Below are positions 1-11,016 of a stretch of 32,000 bases of DNA, piece by piece. The notes beneath the pieces are model-generated. The model had not been told where the DNA came from and searched no databases. It saw only the letters and a list, made by a program, of their open reading frames with translations. Every line of letters starts with the position of its first letter. Positions within the stretch are counted from its first letter, which is position 1. Source of the stretch: Wallemia ichthyophaga EXF-994 (Eukaryota > Fungi > Basidiomycota); assembly GCF_000400465.1 (NCBI RefSeq), contig NW_008806278.1, positions 1 to 32,000 on the forward strand. Direction: 5' to 3'. The position numbers and the translations under genes were made by a program.

Positions 1-321
1 AAGCCCAAACCTTAACAAAACCTTAACATTAACACTTTGAGAGACCAAAGTCTGCTTAGAAAATTCGTATCGGGTTCGGAAACCAACACCGTACGCCGAT
101 GCTAGTCCTTAATTTTGATACATACCGCCTCATATTATTAAATTAGAAGAGAATGATGTCATAACAAAGCATAGAACTCTCAGTAGAACGAATGACATGG
201 ATGATATGAAAAAACCACAAATCCAGTGTGTAAAGAGCGTGTAACGAAAGATATAAAAGTCCAGTGAGTATTGTTGAAGAGAGTAAAACATCAATCAGTC
301 AGTCGGGGCGTATGAGTCCAC

Positions 322-885
322 TTAAGCGCTGCAATCATCCCACTCTGGCTTTGATACCGGCATAATGTTAGCTACTGGAGGGCTGGCCCAGTCGGCAACG
401 TCGTTAATGGATTGCACAGGTGCGTAATCTGGCATGGTGTAATCAGGGACTTTGACGCCATTGTGAACGCAGAGAACCTCGTCGACGTATACGTTACCGC
501 AATGTTCATCGATTTGGGGGTTGTTGAGCCAGAGAACCGTGGTGTTAATCTAAATCAAGTTAGTAAAACACTACAAAAAGTAAAGTAGACCTACTTGGTT
601 GTTGTACGCGATAGAATTGCACGTGTCATTTTCCTTGACAACGTAAGTCTCTGTGCAGTCTGAGCCAGGCCAGCCGAGACAAAGCTCCTCGCCCTTCTGG
701 AGGTTTGTGCATTCTTCGTTGATCTTGTCAAAGTTGGTTGCGGCTAATTGGTATGTGGAGATGCCTTGATCAGCTGAAATCTGGTCGCAATATTCACCAC
801 CCTTGACGGTGTAGTTGCGTGTGCACGAGGCACTGACTGATGCGACAATTGCTGCCAAAGCGAGTGACTGGACTGAGAATTGCAT
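322..885 (-). CDS. Secreted LysM-domain (x2) protein, ~172 aa
   Basis: Exons 885-595 and 549-322 with a 45-nt intron (GTAGGT..TTTAG, CTAAC branch). Signal-peptide-like MQFSVQSLALAAIVASVSA, then Cys-flanked fungal LysM repeats (CTRNYTVKGGEYCDQIS..NL..GEELC; CTETYVVKENDTCNSIA..INTTVLWLNNPQIDEHCGNVYVDEVLC). Confidence 0.9.
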
Positions 886-1196
886 TTTATTAGGTTGTAA
901 AACGGGTATTCCAGAAGACAGTGGTGGTAGATTCCTAAGGAGCAACCATTTGCTATTTTGGGGTGGCTCTCAGCGGAAGGGGTGTTTTGTGCGGTCTGTG
1001 CACTGATTGCACTCACGTGATAAGGCGGACGCGGGCAGTAGTAGTAGTTATATTTTTTATTATAATTATAATTTAATTTCTATATAAATTTATACATCTA
1101 TTTCTTATGCTTAGAAGCCATTTCAAGCCAATACGACCTCTCATCCTCGAATGAGCGCGTCTGCAACTGCGTAACTGTTAGTAAATTAAATTACAC

Positions 1197-3122
1197 TCAG
1201 TTACGTAAACTCACAGCTAGTGCCGAGTACGCGCTCGCTAGCCAATCTCCATTCTCGCTCCTGCCTGCTGCTTTCTCGATAACACTCTGCACCAACGAGC
1301 GCAATCTCTTGATGTTTGATTGCATCATCATCTGATCATCAGATGTAGAAAGCTCCTTTAATGAACTGTACAGAGTCGCGTATCTCCTGCTGACCTTCTC
1401 AGCCAGTTCCGGGCTAACTCTTTTTCCACTAAAACCCATCGACGAGCTGACAAAGTTGCCAGCCGTACCGAGAAGACTGGCGGAGGGCGCCTGGGTTTCC
1501 TCAGCAAGTGTCTGTAAGGCTAGTACTCTGGCATCCATCTCCTTCTGAAGCAGCGGCCAAAGCGAAATCCTCAAGCCTGCACAGAGATTGCTTGCCGGTA
1601 GACAACCCCTATTCAAGCACACCTGGTGTGCCTCGTCGTTTATTCTGATCATACTAAAAATAGCGCTTGGTAAGGTGGTCGCCGTGGGTATCTTGAGTAA
1701 GTCACCTTTTATCTGATTAAATGCCGTCTCAAACACTTGATTCCAGATGTGTTGTGTGGATTTAAGAGATCCTAGCTCGCTTGCAATGGCAACCTCCTTC
1801 TCCGAGAGAAAGACGCCAGGTTTGATGCTTTTGTCGTGGTATAATGAGTGCAGCGAGTCGTCGAAGAAGCGAGCACAGAATGCAAATTCTGAGCACGCAT
1901 TGTCTATGAAGACAAGCAATAAGCTTCTGAAGATTGCTTCAGGGGGTAATTTCTATAAGAATCTTATGTTAGAATCACTCTCACGTTGTTTTCAACCCAC
2001 AAAGTTCTGATCGTCAGCCTGGTATGCCAAAAAGACTGACGGTCCATCCAAAGTAGAGTAAGTGAGTCGCTGCTTGACACTATCGAGTTCATATGGCTCT
2101 TCGTTGCTTTCCCATGCATTTGCCGAGTTGCCGATTGCGAGCTCTTGGAATCTGGGTTCGATCTTGAACGCCTCTCTCGTATATCTCACCAAGCACGTCT
2201 CGTAGTAGCCTCTCGCGGCATTTGCATAGACACGTTCAACCTCATGAGCAGCCCGTGGCTCTTGTCTTTTGAGAAATGCGTACAAAGGCGCGTACTTAAA
2301 CAGCACTGCTGTCTGATGAAACGCGATGTTGGACGTCGCGGAGGCTTGGAAGGGCACAAACAGACTAAATAGTTTACCACGTATCTTGTCTGCAGCCTGT
2401 AAATGTTTTGAGCTCATCCCATACCTGTCAACACCCCACAAACCTTCGTTTTGAGCGCCTGTAAGACACTCTGCAACTGTACTCTAGCTTTGACATGCTG
2501 ATGCTTCTCAACTGAGCGCAGAAAGCCCTCGATGCTCTTACACCCGCTAATCCAAGCATCAACATCTGTTAGCTCCTGGTTCATGATGAGGTTGATGAGT
2601 TGCGGAGGAATGATTAGCTCTTTGAGTAGCCCATCGATTTCAGCTGCCTGTGCTCTCTGTTTGTGCAACTGATTGTCTATTTCGATGGATTTCGTCTGTA
2701 AAGAGCTGATCTGTGAACTCGTTGATAACATAGATTGCTGGAATGTGGAGAGGAAGTTCGCGAGTGTTTCCGTATCTTGTACGGAATGCTTGATAGAGCT
2801 ATCCAATTCCATCGTCTGTGCTGCCGTGCTCAGGACTGGATGATCAGCGTTATCTTAAGATTACGACGCAGCTCACATTCGTCATCGACGGTGCGCTTAA
2901 GAGAATCATAAACATCTTCTATATCTCTATCGTCACGTTTAAGCATTTCAATGACGCACTGCCATTCCTCGTCAGTGCCTTGGTATGACACATCTTCCCT
3001 GATTGCTGGAGATGGCGCTGGGTCGAAGATTGCGTCGAGCTGATGGAGATATGAGATTAATGGAAAATACGCTATATGCCACGCACAGCTGGCGCTATCG
3101 GCGCTGTCGGTGCTGTATCCAT
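1197..3122 (-). CDS. VPS52: GARP complex subunit Vps52/Sac2 family protein, ~580 aa
   Basis: Exons 3122-3087, 3039-2877, 2835-2444, 2396-2001, 1952-1197 join in frame via 47, 41, 47 and 48-nt GT..AG introns. Family-like motifs ETLANFLSTFQ..LS..S.QI..LQ.KS, IIPPQLI, FRSLLLVFIDNACSEFAF. The two 5' exons are missed by the ORF track. Confidence 0.85.
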
Positions 3123-3146
3123 CTTGGCTGTTGGAGATTAACCACC

Positions 3147-3878
3147 ATGAACAGATTCACGAGAGGGATAACAACAACGGTAGCCAGACTCAAGACGGTC
3201 AAAGTGGGTCGAATGGGCTGTCAGTATTCATCTCACGCTCGTAGGACTCGAAGATGTCTGGTGTCTTCTATCACCAGCAGCAACCAGAACGCTGGGCTGT
3301 TAGTTTGCTTGATAAGCTCCCAGAGAACGCGCCAAAAAAGCTAGTGTGTGGATACGTCAATACTGCTAGCCCAGTCTCAACGGAACTCTACAAATCACTC
3401 GAGCAAAACGATGAATTCATCGATTTGCTACAATCTGTTGTGCAGAATAACTTTACAAAAGATCAGCACGTTATGTGAGTTGATTGAGTGCGTTATCAAA
3501 TAACAAATCTCATCGATTTCCAGTCAAGACGCTTTTTTTAGAGGTGAAGGTTGGATACCTGTGATGGGTGCGTGGCATGCTCTCTTGCCAGCAATCTGTT
3601 TATAGCGCAAACCTAGATGAACGCGCTCCTCAGACTTTAGGTAGAGCCGGTGACCCTGATGACTATCTTGGCATGGTTTTGGTGGAAGGTGGCGGTAAGG
3701 TGAGTATATGCTAGCTAGACGTACGCAACACTCTCATGCAACACCCTCATAGATCAATGCGTCTACTTACGAGCGCACGCCTACTTACAGATTAGCAACA
3801 CGCGACAATGGCTTCATGAAGTTATCGCCCGCTCTCGACAAAGCCCTGAGAGAAGCGCTTAAAGTTGAAACAAAGTAG
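3147..3878 (+). CDS. Conserved fungal hypothetical protein, possibly mitochondrial
   Basis: Exons 3147-3203, 3245-3474, 3524-3567, 3617-3699, 3753-3878 join in frame via 41-53-nt introns. Spliced core EGWIPVMDERAPQTLGRAGDPDDYLGMVLV..YERTPTYRLAT resembles a fungal family I recall but cannot name. The N-terminus MNRFTRGITTTVARLKTVK is basic with no acidic residues. Confidence 0.75.
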
Positions 3879-4034
3879 ATTCATACTAGAACATTCCCTC
3901 AACAACTCTGTAATGTAGTACATTTATTATTGCTGTCGTCAATTTTCTACTTGATTGATAAGAAAATACAAATTGAATCCCAAGTGTGCAACACTTCTAT
4001 TAAAACACTTCCTTTACGAACCTTCTATTCTCTT

Positions 4035-6377
4035 CTAGCTATCATCAATCTCCTCGTCATCTGAAAGTGCAAACTCTTCAGACACGTTCTCCTTTTTGGC
4101 TTTTCTCCGTTGCTCAAGAGACGCCCATTCGCCTTCTCTCTCGCCAGTATACGTGAATCCTCTAAAAGTATCGTGAGTGCGGTTGTTCTCGTTAGGTATC
4201 GGGTTTTCGTCAATTTTTGGCCTGTCGTCAGATACATGCGGCCTTTCTGTTTGTTTATCGAATGATTTGCGTGGCTCTTTGTTGCTTTCACGGCTCTCGC
4301 GATTCACGTGCTGACCAGATGGTGTTCCATGTCCAGAACCAAGTGCTGGCTTGAAGACTTCCTCATTTCCATCCACATCAACTCTGTCTGGAGCAGCAAC
4401 ATCGTCATCCCAAGGCACACCGTGCTCTCTAATGTCAGCACCTGTAAACTCAGTGTCAAAGTTGGCGACACTCTCATCACTTTCAACCAGCGGCTTGAAC
4501 GGTGGGGTGACCTGTCTGTTGGCAAGTGCATTCCAGTCAATTGATTTGAAAAATGGATCTTCCTTAAGCTCTGCAGCGTCTCTCTTGCTGCCCATCCTGT
4601 GTTCTGGGTTTCTGTTTAAAAGACCTTTGACAAATTGCTTTCCTTCATCTCCAATAACTCCCTTTGGGAATCTAATCTTCCCGAAGCATATGTTTTTGTA
4701 CATTTGTTGTGTATCTTCGGCATAAAATGGTGACCAACCACAACACATCTAAAAATCGTTAGTAAGCAAACAAACACAATATTTTCACATACCTCAAACA
4801 ACAACACTCCTAGTGACCAAAAGTCAACCAGCATGGAGTATCCATCGTCATTGAGTAGTACCTCAGGTGCAAGGTACTCTGTTGTTCCACAGAAAGTTGA
4901 AGTGAGTTGGTCTGCTGGTAAATCAGGTTTTGATAATCCAAAGTCACATAAAGCAACGTGACCAGTTGCATCCAGTAAGATATTTTCAGGTTTAAGATCA
5001 CGGTAAACAATGTCATATTTGTGGAGGTGTTCGAGTGCAAGTACGAGCTCGGCTATGTAGAATCTTGCCCTTTCTTCGCTAAATCTGCCTTCTCTTTGTA
5101 AATGCCAGAAAAGCTCACCACCAGATTTGTAATCCGTGACAAAATAGAGCTCTTTTTCAGTCTGGAAGCTGAACTTCAAACCAACTAAGAATGGACACTC
5201 CAGCGATACTTGCAGAATCTTACGCTCTCCAATAGTGTGAGCAACTTCTTTCTTTGCAATGATTTCCTTCTTAGAGAGAACCTTCATGGCGTAAATACGC
5301 TTAGTATCTTTCTTGCGAACCTGGAAAACTCTACCAAAGGTACCTCTGCCGATCAATCTCAGAAATTCAAAGTCTTTCGGAATGAGAGAATGTTTATTGG
5401 CGAAGCGTTCATATAATATCTGCAAACGAATTTCACCGGTTGTAATTTCTTTACCATCATCGCCAAATCTGGAGAGCTCATACCAGTGATCGATTTCAGC
5501 ACCTGGAGCGAGGTGTGGACGGATTTCCTTACTACCAACGTATTTCTCTCCCTCATAACCCAAGTAGTGTACAACGCTGTCGTCTTCACCTGGTTGGGGG
5601 TCAATGGTGAGGTTAGCCAGACTTTCATCCGCAGTTTGATTTGAAGGGCTTAAAGTGGCTGCAACGTTTGGTGCTGAGCGATCTCTATCGTAAACAGCAA
5701 TTTCAAGAGGGGAATCCTCTCTTGAAACGTCGAAAGTGACTTGATGCTTCCATACCGGAGAATCTCCGTTTTGACCTAAAACGCCGGTGACTGGTGGGCT
5801 TGATTTGTTGGTAGGGTCTGGAGTTGTAGGAGTACGAGCACCGGATGATGGCGTTCTTTTCAAAGTGGATTCCAACTTCTTGGGGAAACCTCTGGCAACG
5901 CCTTCTGTTGCACCGATTGGCTCTCTACTAACAAATTCATTGTTTTCAAATGAGACGACTACGTATGAATGTGCTTTTGTGCTATCAACCACAGCGAGTC
6001 TCCTCGCCTCCATAACCTTGACTGTGAGCAATCCCTTACTGCCAAGAACATCCTTTGAGGATTGAGATTTGAACGGTGGCTTTGTATTTGTCAACGGTGT
6101 ACTGGCGCCGGATGTGGTGGCTGAAGTCGCCGTGGTTGAACTAGATAAATGGGGAGCTGGATATAGTGTAAGGGAGTATTTTTATTTAATCATCAAACCT
6201 ACCTGTATTATGTTGGCTGATTTCTTTCTCCCGCCTCTCTTTGATCGTCGTCTCGAATGGATTTGGCTCCTGCCTCGAATTTGCAGACCGTGGCTTGGGC
6301 GTCGCAGAATCCTCTGCGTTACTCTTACTAGACGTCAGGTGCGTCGTCGGTGCCGCTGGCGTCTTGATTTGCTCCAT
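4035..6377 (-). CDS. SCH9: AGC-family Ser/Thr kinase Sch9/Akt-like with C2 domain, ~750 aa
   Basis: Exons 6377-6203, 6156-4793, 4748-4035 (46 and 44-nt introns). C2-like region, then GRGTFG, YRDLKPEN, DFG, activation loop TFCGT and C-terminal hydrophobic motif FRGFTY. Confidence 0.93.
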
Positions 6378-6433
6378 TGATGATTGTCGAATATTGAGAG
6401 TGATCTCAGTTATCCATGGAGTACAAAATTAAA

Positions 6434-7991
6434 TTACTTGGAATTTACACTGGTGGATAATATGCTCTGCCTAAGGTTATGCGCTTTCTCACGCGTGCTC
6501 TTTGATGCCGCTGGTGTTTGCGTCGTCTGCTCCTCGTCAGAATCGTCGTGAACGCCTCCCGGAATAAGCAGTTGGTCAAGTTCCTCTTGAGTCAGTTGAC
6601 GATTCTCTTCTTTAAGCACTGTCATCTTACGTTTAATTACCCTTCTTATCAGATTTAGCTGTTCTTCTGTGTAAAATCCGGTGTTTGAATCAAAATTCTC
6701 GATATGGCCTTGTTCATCATGAATCAGCTTGTAGCAATCTTCATCAGTCACATCACATAGCTGGAAGTTTGCAGCATCTGTTACATTCTTTCCATCAAAC
6801 TTGTGGCTTTCTGCGCTTGGTTCTTTCATCTGAGACGTTTCGGGTGCTGTTGTCCCCGGAGTTGATTGCGGAACTGAATTAGCTTTACCGGAGTTTCCTG
6901 TACTTGCTCGGCTTGTAAATGTTTGCCTGTGCTTGCGGTCCCTCACCCCTACCAGACGAGTCTGGATACGTTGATAAATGCGATTTGCGCTATCTAATCT
7001 GGGATCCCAGTTAATTCGACACATAACATCTGCAAATGGTCCCGACTGGAATGTGTATGAGTAAGCTGCCATTGATATCTTGTGGTTCAATAAAAATCGC
7101 GAATCCTGAGGTGAAAATTGGTTCAGTAACGATGCTCTCGACCACGCTGGCCTCTCTTTGAAAAGGTTTTCAAGCCTCTGCAGCACATCTTTCCTAGGGT
7201 ATGTATCTATAAACTCGGACGCCTCCTTAACAGGTGCTGAAGGAGCTGGATATTGATCCCAAGTGATTGTATCACCACTGTCAACCTTTGCGCGATTTTT
7301 GCTGATGAGACGCTCGTAAGTCTGTCCAGTGGCCTTGTTAACACCTGTAGTCTTTTCAGGGTTGTATCTGCTCTGGTATAGGTAGTTGTTGAATGTCTGT
7401 GCTCTGTAGAATTTAGGGGGTTGAATGAGACCTATCGGTTGACTGTTTAAGCCCTCGATATTCTCGCCGCGCGCCTTCCTCAGACGATTGCCTTTTACAC
7501 GACTCTCCAGAAACTCAATTTGATCGCCATTTTTCGGCAATTGAATGTTTCTAAGTGCATGGATGCTTTCATTGAGATTGTCGGAAAATACTCTCTCGTT
7601 GATGTTATCCAAATAGTCCTTCTGCGGTAGATGTGATGTAAAATCTGCGATTTCTGCGCGCTGTTAATTATAAACGCTACGCCCGCTAACCCCACCAACC
7701 TCTGAACTTGGCTGTGACAGGAATAGAGCCAATAATCTCCGCTTTGAACTGGTAATGCCACTGACCCTCGATCATCTTCCTTCTGCGCCTTATTCTCAGT
7801 GCGTAGTTGTTGCTTTCGCTGTACGTCGCCGTTATGCTGCTATTTACGCTGATATCGAGGCAGAGCGGCAGGCGCTTATCGAAAGCATCTTTGATAATAT
7901 CTACGCCACCAAAAATGCTCAAATATTGCAATTTTTCTTCCTCGCTGACGCTACCGAATAATTCGATTGCTTCCAATTGAGTTAACGTCAT
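6434..7991 (-). CDS. TFC1: RNA polymerase III transcription factor TFIIIC subunit (Tfc1/tau95/GTF3C5), ~503 aa
   Basis: Exons 7991-7700 and 7653-6434 (46-nt intron) give ..IPVTAKFREIADF... Other motifs: IQPPKF, LENLFKERPAWSR, YTFQSGPF..RINWDPR, FQLCDVTD, GFY. Confidence 0.85.
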
Positions 7992-7998
7992 CGTAGAG

Positions 7999-9135
7999 AT
8001 GGAAGGAGGATTGAACAAGATAAGCTGGCTCAGAGGGAACAATGGCTTCCTTAACAGCGTATTCAAGCAGTCCAAGTTTATTCCACTGCATAATCTTAAT
8101 CCATTGATTAGAAATGGGGATAACACCTTGGCTTCGATACCTTACAGCGAAGCAGAGCCTTATATTGGAAGCAATAACTACGGTGAAGGCATGTCCCAGA
8201 TCAATCAGCGCTTTTTGGAAGGCTATAGGCAGTCGAAAACTGTGGTGGCGTTGCTAGGCGTGAAGGAAAGCATCGATCAGAAGGCAAATGATCCACAATA
8301 TACGCCTTCAGGAACTGTTTACTTTTGTTTCGACGCTTCTTCTTACCCCAAGGAGCATTTCGAATCTCATGACGTAAAATTCCGCGATTCTCGCTCTTTG
8401 ATTGGCTATCTCAATCTACACGACTCAAAGATTATCGCCCAAGCGAGATCTATTGTGGATTGGAATTTACGACACAAGTACGATTCTGGTTCTGGGAAAC
8501 TCAATTATAGCTGCTGGGCAGGTTGGAAGCTCTGTTGCAGTTCTGTGTTTGATAACCAGGATCAACCATCACATAGCTGGAAAGGCGTTCAAAACTACCA
8601 CTACCCACGCACAGACCCTGTTGTCATTATGGCTGTTTTGTCTCCAGACAGATCAGCTATTTTGCTCGGACGTAACAAGCGCTACGCCGGTGGTATGTAT
8701 AGTTGCTTAGCTGGTTTTGTTGAGGTTGGTGAGACATTTGAAGAGGCAGTCGCCAGGGAGGTGCATGAAGAGGCTTGCGTGCGTGTTCTCGACGTGAAGT
8801 ACTTCGCCTCCCAGCCATGGCCATATCCAAGTTCACTCATGACTGGATTTTATGCAATCGCCGATGTCAACAGCAACTATGAGATATCTAGAACGGACTT
8901 AGACGGAGAATTGGAAGGTGTGTTGGAGCAAGTTGTAGTAAAACAAATCATTAACAATGAAACAGACGCTAGATGGTTCACACGCGAAGACGTTGAGGAG
9001 ATGGTAAAGCGCTCGCCTATCAGTCTTGGTGATAAGCCACCAGATAATGTTCCCTTCGTTCCAAACAAGCATGCTATCGCAGGTGAACTGATTAGAAACT
9101 GGTTGGCTACTTTTGAAAAAAAGAGCGCAATTTAA
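7999..9135 (+). CDS. NPY1: NADH diphosphatase (NudC/Npy1-type Nudix hydrolase), ~362 aa
   Basis: N-terminal LNKISWLR, YPRTDPVVI, Nudix box GFVEVGETFEEAVAREVHEEA and NudC signature SQPWPYPSS. Removing a 48-nt in-frame intron (8918-8965) restores DGELEDARWF. Confidence 0.9.
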   Translation: MEGGLNKISWLRGNNGFLNSVFKQSKFIPLHNLNPLIRNGDNTLASIPYSEAEPYIGSNNYGEGMSQINQRFLEGYRQSKTVVALLGVKESIDQKANDPQYTPSGTVYFCFDASSYPKEHFESHDVKFRDSRSLIGYLNLHDSKIIAQARSIVDWNLRHKYDSGSGKLNYSCWAGWKLCCSSVFDNQDQPSHSWKGVQNYHYPRTDPVVIMAVLSPDRSAILLGRNKRYAGGMYSCLAGFVEVGETFEEAVAREVHEEACVRVLDVKYFASQPWPYPSSLMTGFYAIADVNSNYEISRTDLDGELEGVLEQVVVKQIINNETDARWFTREDVEEMVKRSPISLGDKPPDNVPFVPNKHAIAGELIRNWLATFEKKSAI

Positions 9136-9411
9136 TAGATTGAATTGGTATTCCTCATAAAAGAGGTAAACTAATGTTGAAAATTAGATTCTTTCAATGT
9201 ACATATATGGATAGGTAAAATGTTCACACATTTGTGGTGGAAAGTAGTAAATTCTGATGGTATTCCGTTTTAGTAACCTACACGTGTATTACAAACGTAA
9301 ATTTGAAATTTCGTGTTTTACATCAAAATCTTCTGAGAAGACCTAACAGGTATATACGCTGATTGAGTAATGAGAGGTGCTATTGATTTGCAACCGAATC
9401 ATCCCACAATG

Positions 9412-10816
9412 TTAAAACAAACCCAAACCATCACACCCCCTATACCACTCATTGTACCTTTCGTACTCATCAAACTCGTCATTCATATCCAAATCGAGAA
9501 GCTCGGTAGCTTCAAATATCTCGGTATACTCTATGTCGTCGTAAATACTTAGTATATCGTCATCTTGTGCGACAAAGTTCTCTAGATTTGCTGAAATTTT
9601 ACTTGGGAGTAATTCGTTACATTTCAAAGCAATGACTGTGTGCAATTTTGAATGTAAGTTAATAAATCTGTTCAAAGCTACCAACTTAATGTTGTGGCGT
9701 CTGCTACAGATGTTTAGCTCCTCCAGTAGTGGCATAGCAAAGTCGAAATGGCCTTTGTTGAACATATCTGAGAAAACAGGCGAGTAATATCCTTCTATGC
9801 TGAATTTGCGCACATTCTTGAGCTTGCTGAGAAACTCAGGCGCAAAAATATCATGATCAGCTGAGAAAACTGACCTAGGCAGCTGAACGTTTCTTAATTG
9901 ATCTCCTAATCCGTGCCATTGAGAAATATCGGCAAATCCCCAATAACACAAGTTCCGAAGTTTCGCTAATCGACAATTGCTGATGTCTGCGTAAATGCGA
10001 TTGAGCGTTAGGCTTTCAAGTCTGTCCATTGAATCTGGTAGGTTTACTTCACGATACTCTCTTGGAGATCTTGTTATCCGCTGCTCACGAGCATCTACTT
10101 TGAGAAGCTTTAAATTTGGCATGAGGCGGAGTATGAACGCCAGCGTTGATGGTCCGCGTACCCACTCAATACTCAAGTCGTAAACAAAGCTCTGTACCTT
10201 TTCGAAGCAGAAGTTGAGCATATCAAGCCCAGTGAAAAACTCGAAAGAGACATTATTTAGCATTATGTGTTTCAGACTGCTGCGAAGTTCTTTTGAAAAG
10301 CAGGCTGGGCGTAAAATAGCCTCCTGATCGCCTCCGTTAATGAATAAGTATTTGGCGTTAAGATTGCGTGGCAGTGTGACCTCTCTCGTGTTGATGTGAT
10401 ATACAACGCTAAATCTTGAAACATTCAAATCAACCAAGCCGTAGCTATCCTCGCATAGTTTGTTGTAAATGTCCTTATTCTCGATTATCAAGAATATCTG
10501 TCCAGTCTTCTTAGACTTGAGGCGCGGTGAAGCCATCCATGACTTCAGTCTCTGGGCATCCACGTCATTCTGGAGTTTGAGTACGGCCGATGAGTAGACT
10601 TGCGTAAGATGTTGATAAGTAATTGAATCTGCACTGCAGCCAAAACTCACTATGTGAATGTGTGAGCGCTTCACTCCAATGTTTGTTGACGGCTGATAGC
10701 TGGTAGTTCAATTTCCGATATTTATCGGTGAGGGTGTCGGTGGTGCGTTTATCAAGGTGGTTAAATATCGACAGCAGAATATCAATAGGTAAATCTGACG
10801 CCTTAGATGTCCTCAT
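9412..10816 (-). CDS. F-box protein with degenerate LRR-like C-terminal region, ~450 aa
   Basis: Exon 10816-10651 has an F-box-like DLPIDILLSIFNHL..LSAVNKHW. A 52-nt intron (GTGAGT..CAAG) joins it in frame to exon 10598-9412, which has Leu-periodic segments (LRLMPNLKLLKV, LSKLKNVRKFSI, MPLLEELNI). Confidence 0.7.
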
Positions 10817-11016
10817 GAGGTTGACTGTAGATGTGCAAGATATGTTGTGTGCCGAAGTGGCGAAAAACCACTATAGAGGCACGCTGCTGGAGCACTTGAA
10901 AAGTTTGTAACTGAAAAATTATTGACATTATATTGTGACTCAGAATGTATCTAAATGCATGTGATGCAAACGAAGTTATACAAATTACGAAATAAACCGT
11001 TAAATCAAGCGGTGCT

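Noticed and set aside
1-35. CCTTAAC repeats at the window start as telomere-like sequence
   Set aside because: Only two imperfect copies, and not a CCCTAA array.
2948-3005. Box C/D snoRNA-like element (ATGACG..CTGA with a GCACTG/CAGTGC hairpin)
   Set aside because: Box C is non-canonical, I recognise no rRNA guide, and the segment is explained as VPS52 exon 2 on the opposite strand.
3003-3344. 113-aa plus-strand ORF
   Set aside because: Chimera of antisense VPS52 exons, the real first exon (3147-3203) and an unspliced intron.
7992-8126. N-terminal extension of TFC1 overlapping NPY1 (ORF track start 8126)
   Set aside because: It begins at a non-ATG codon, and family similarity starts right after ATG 7991.
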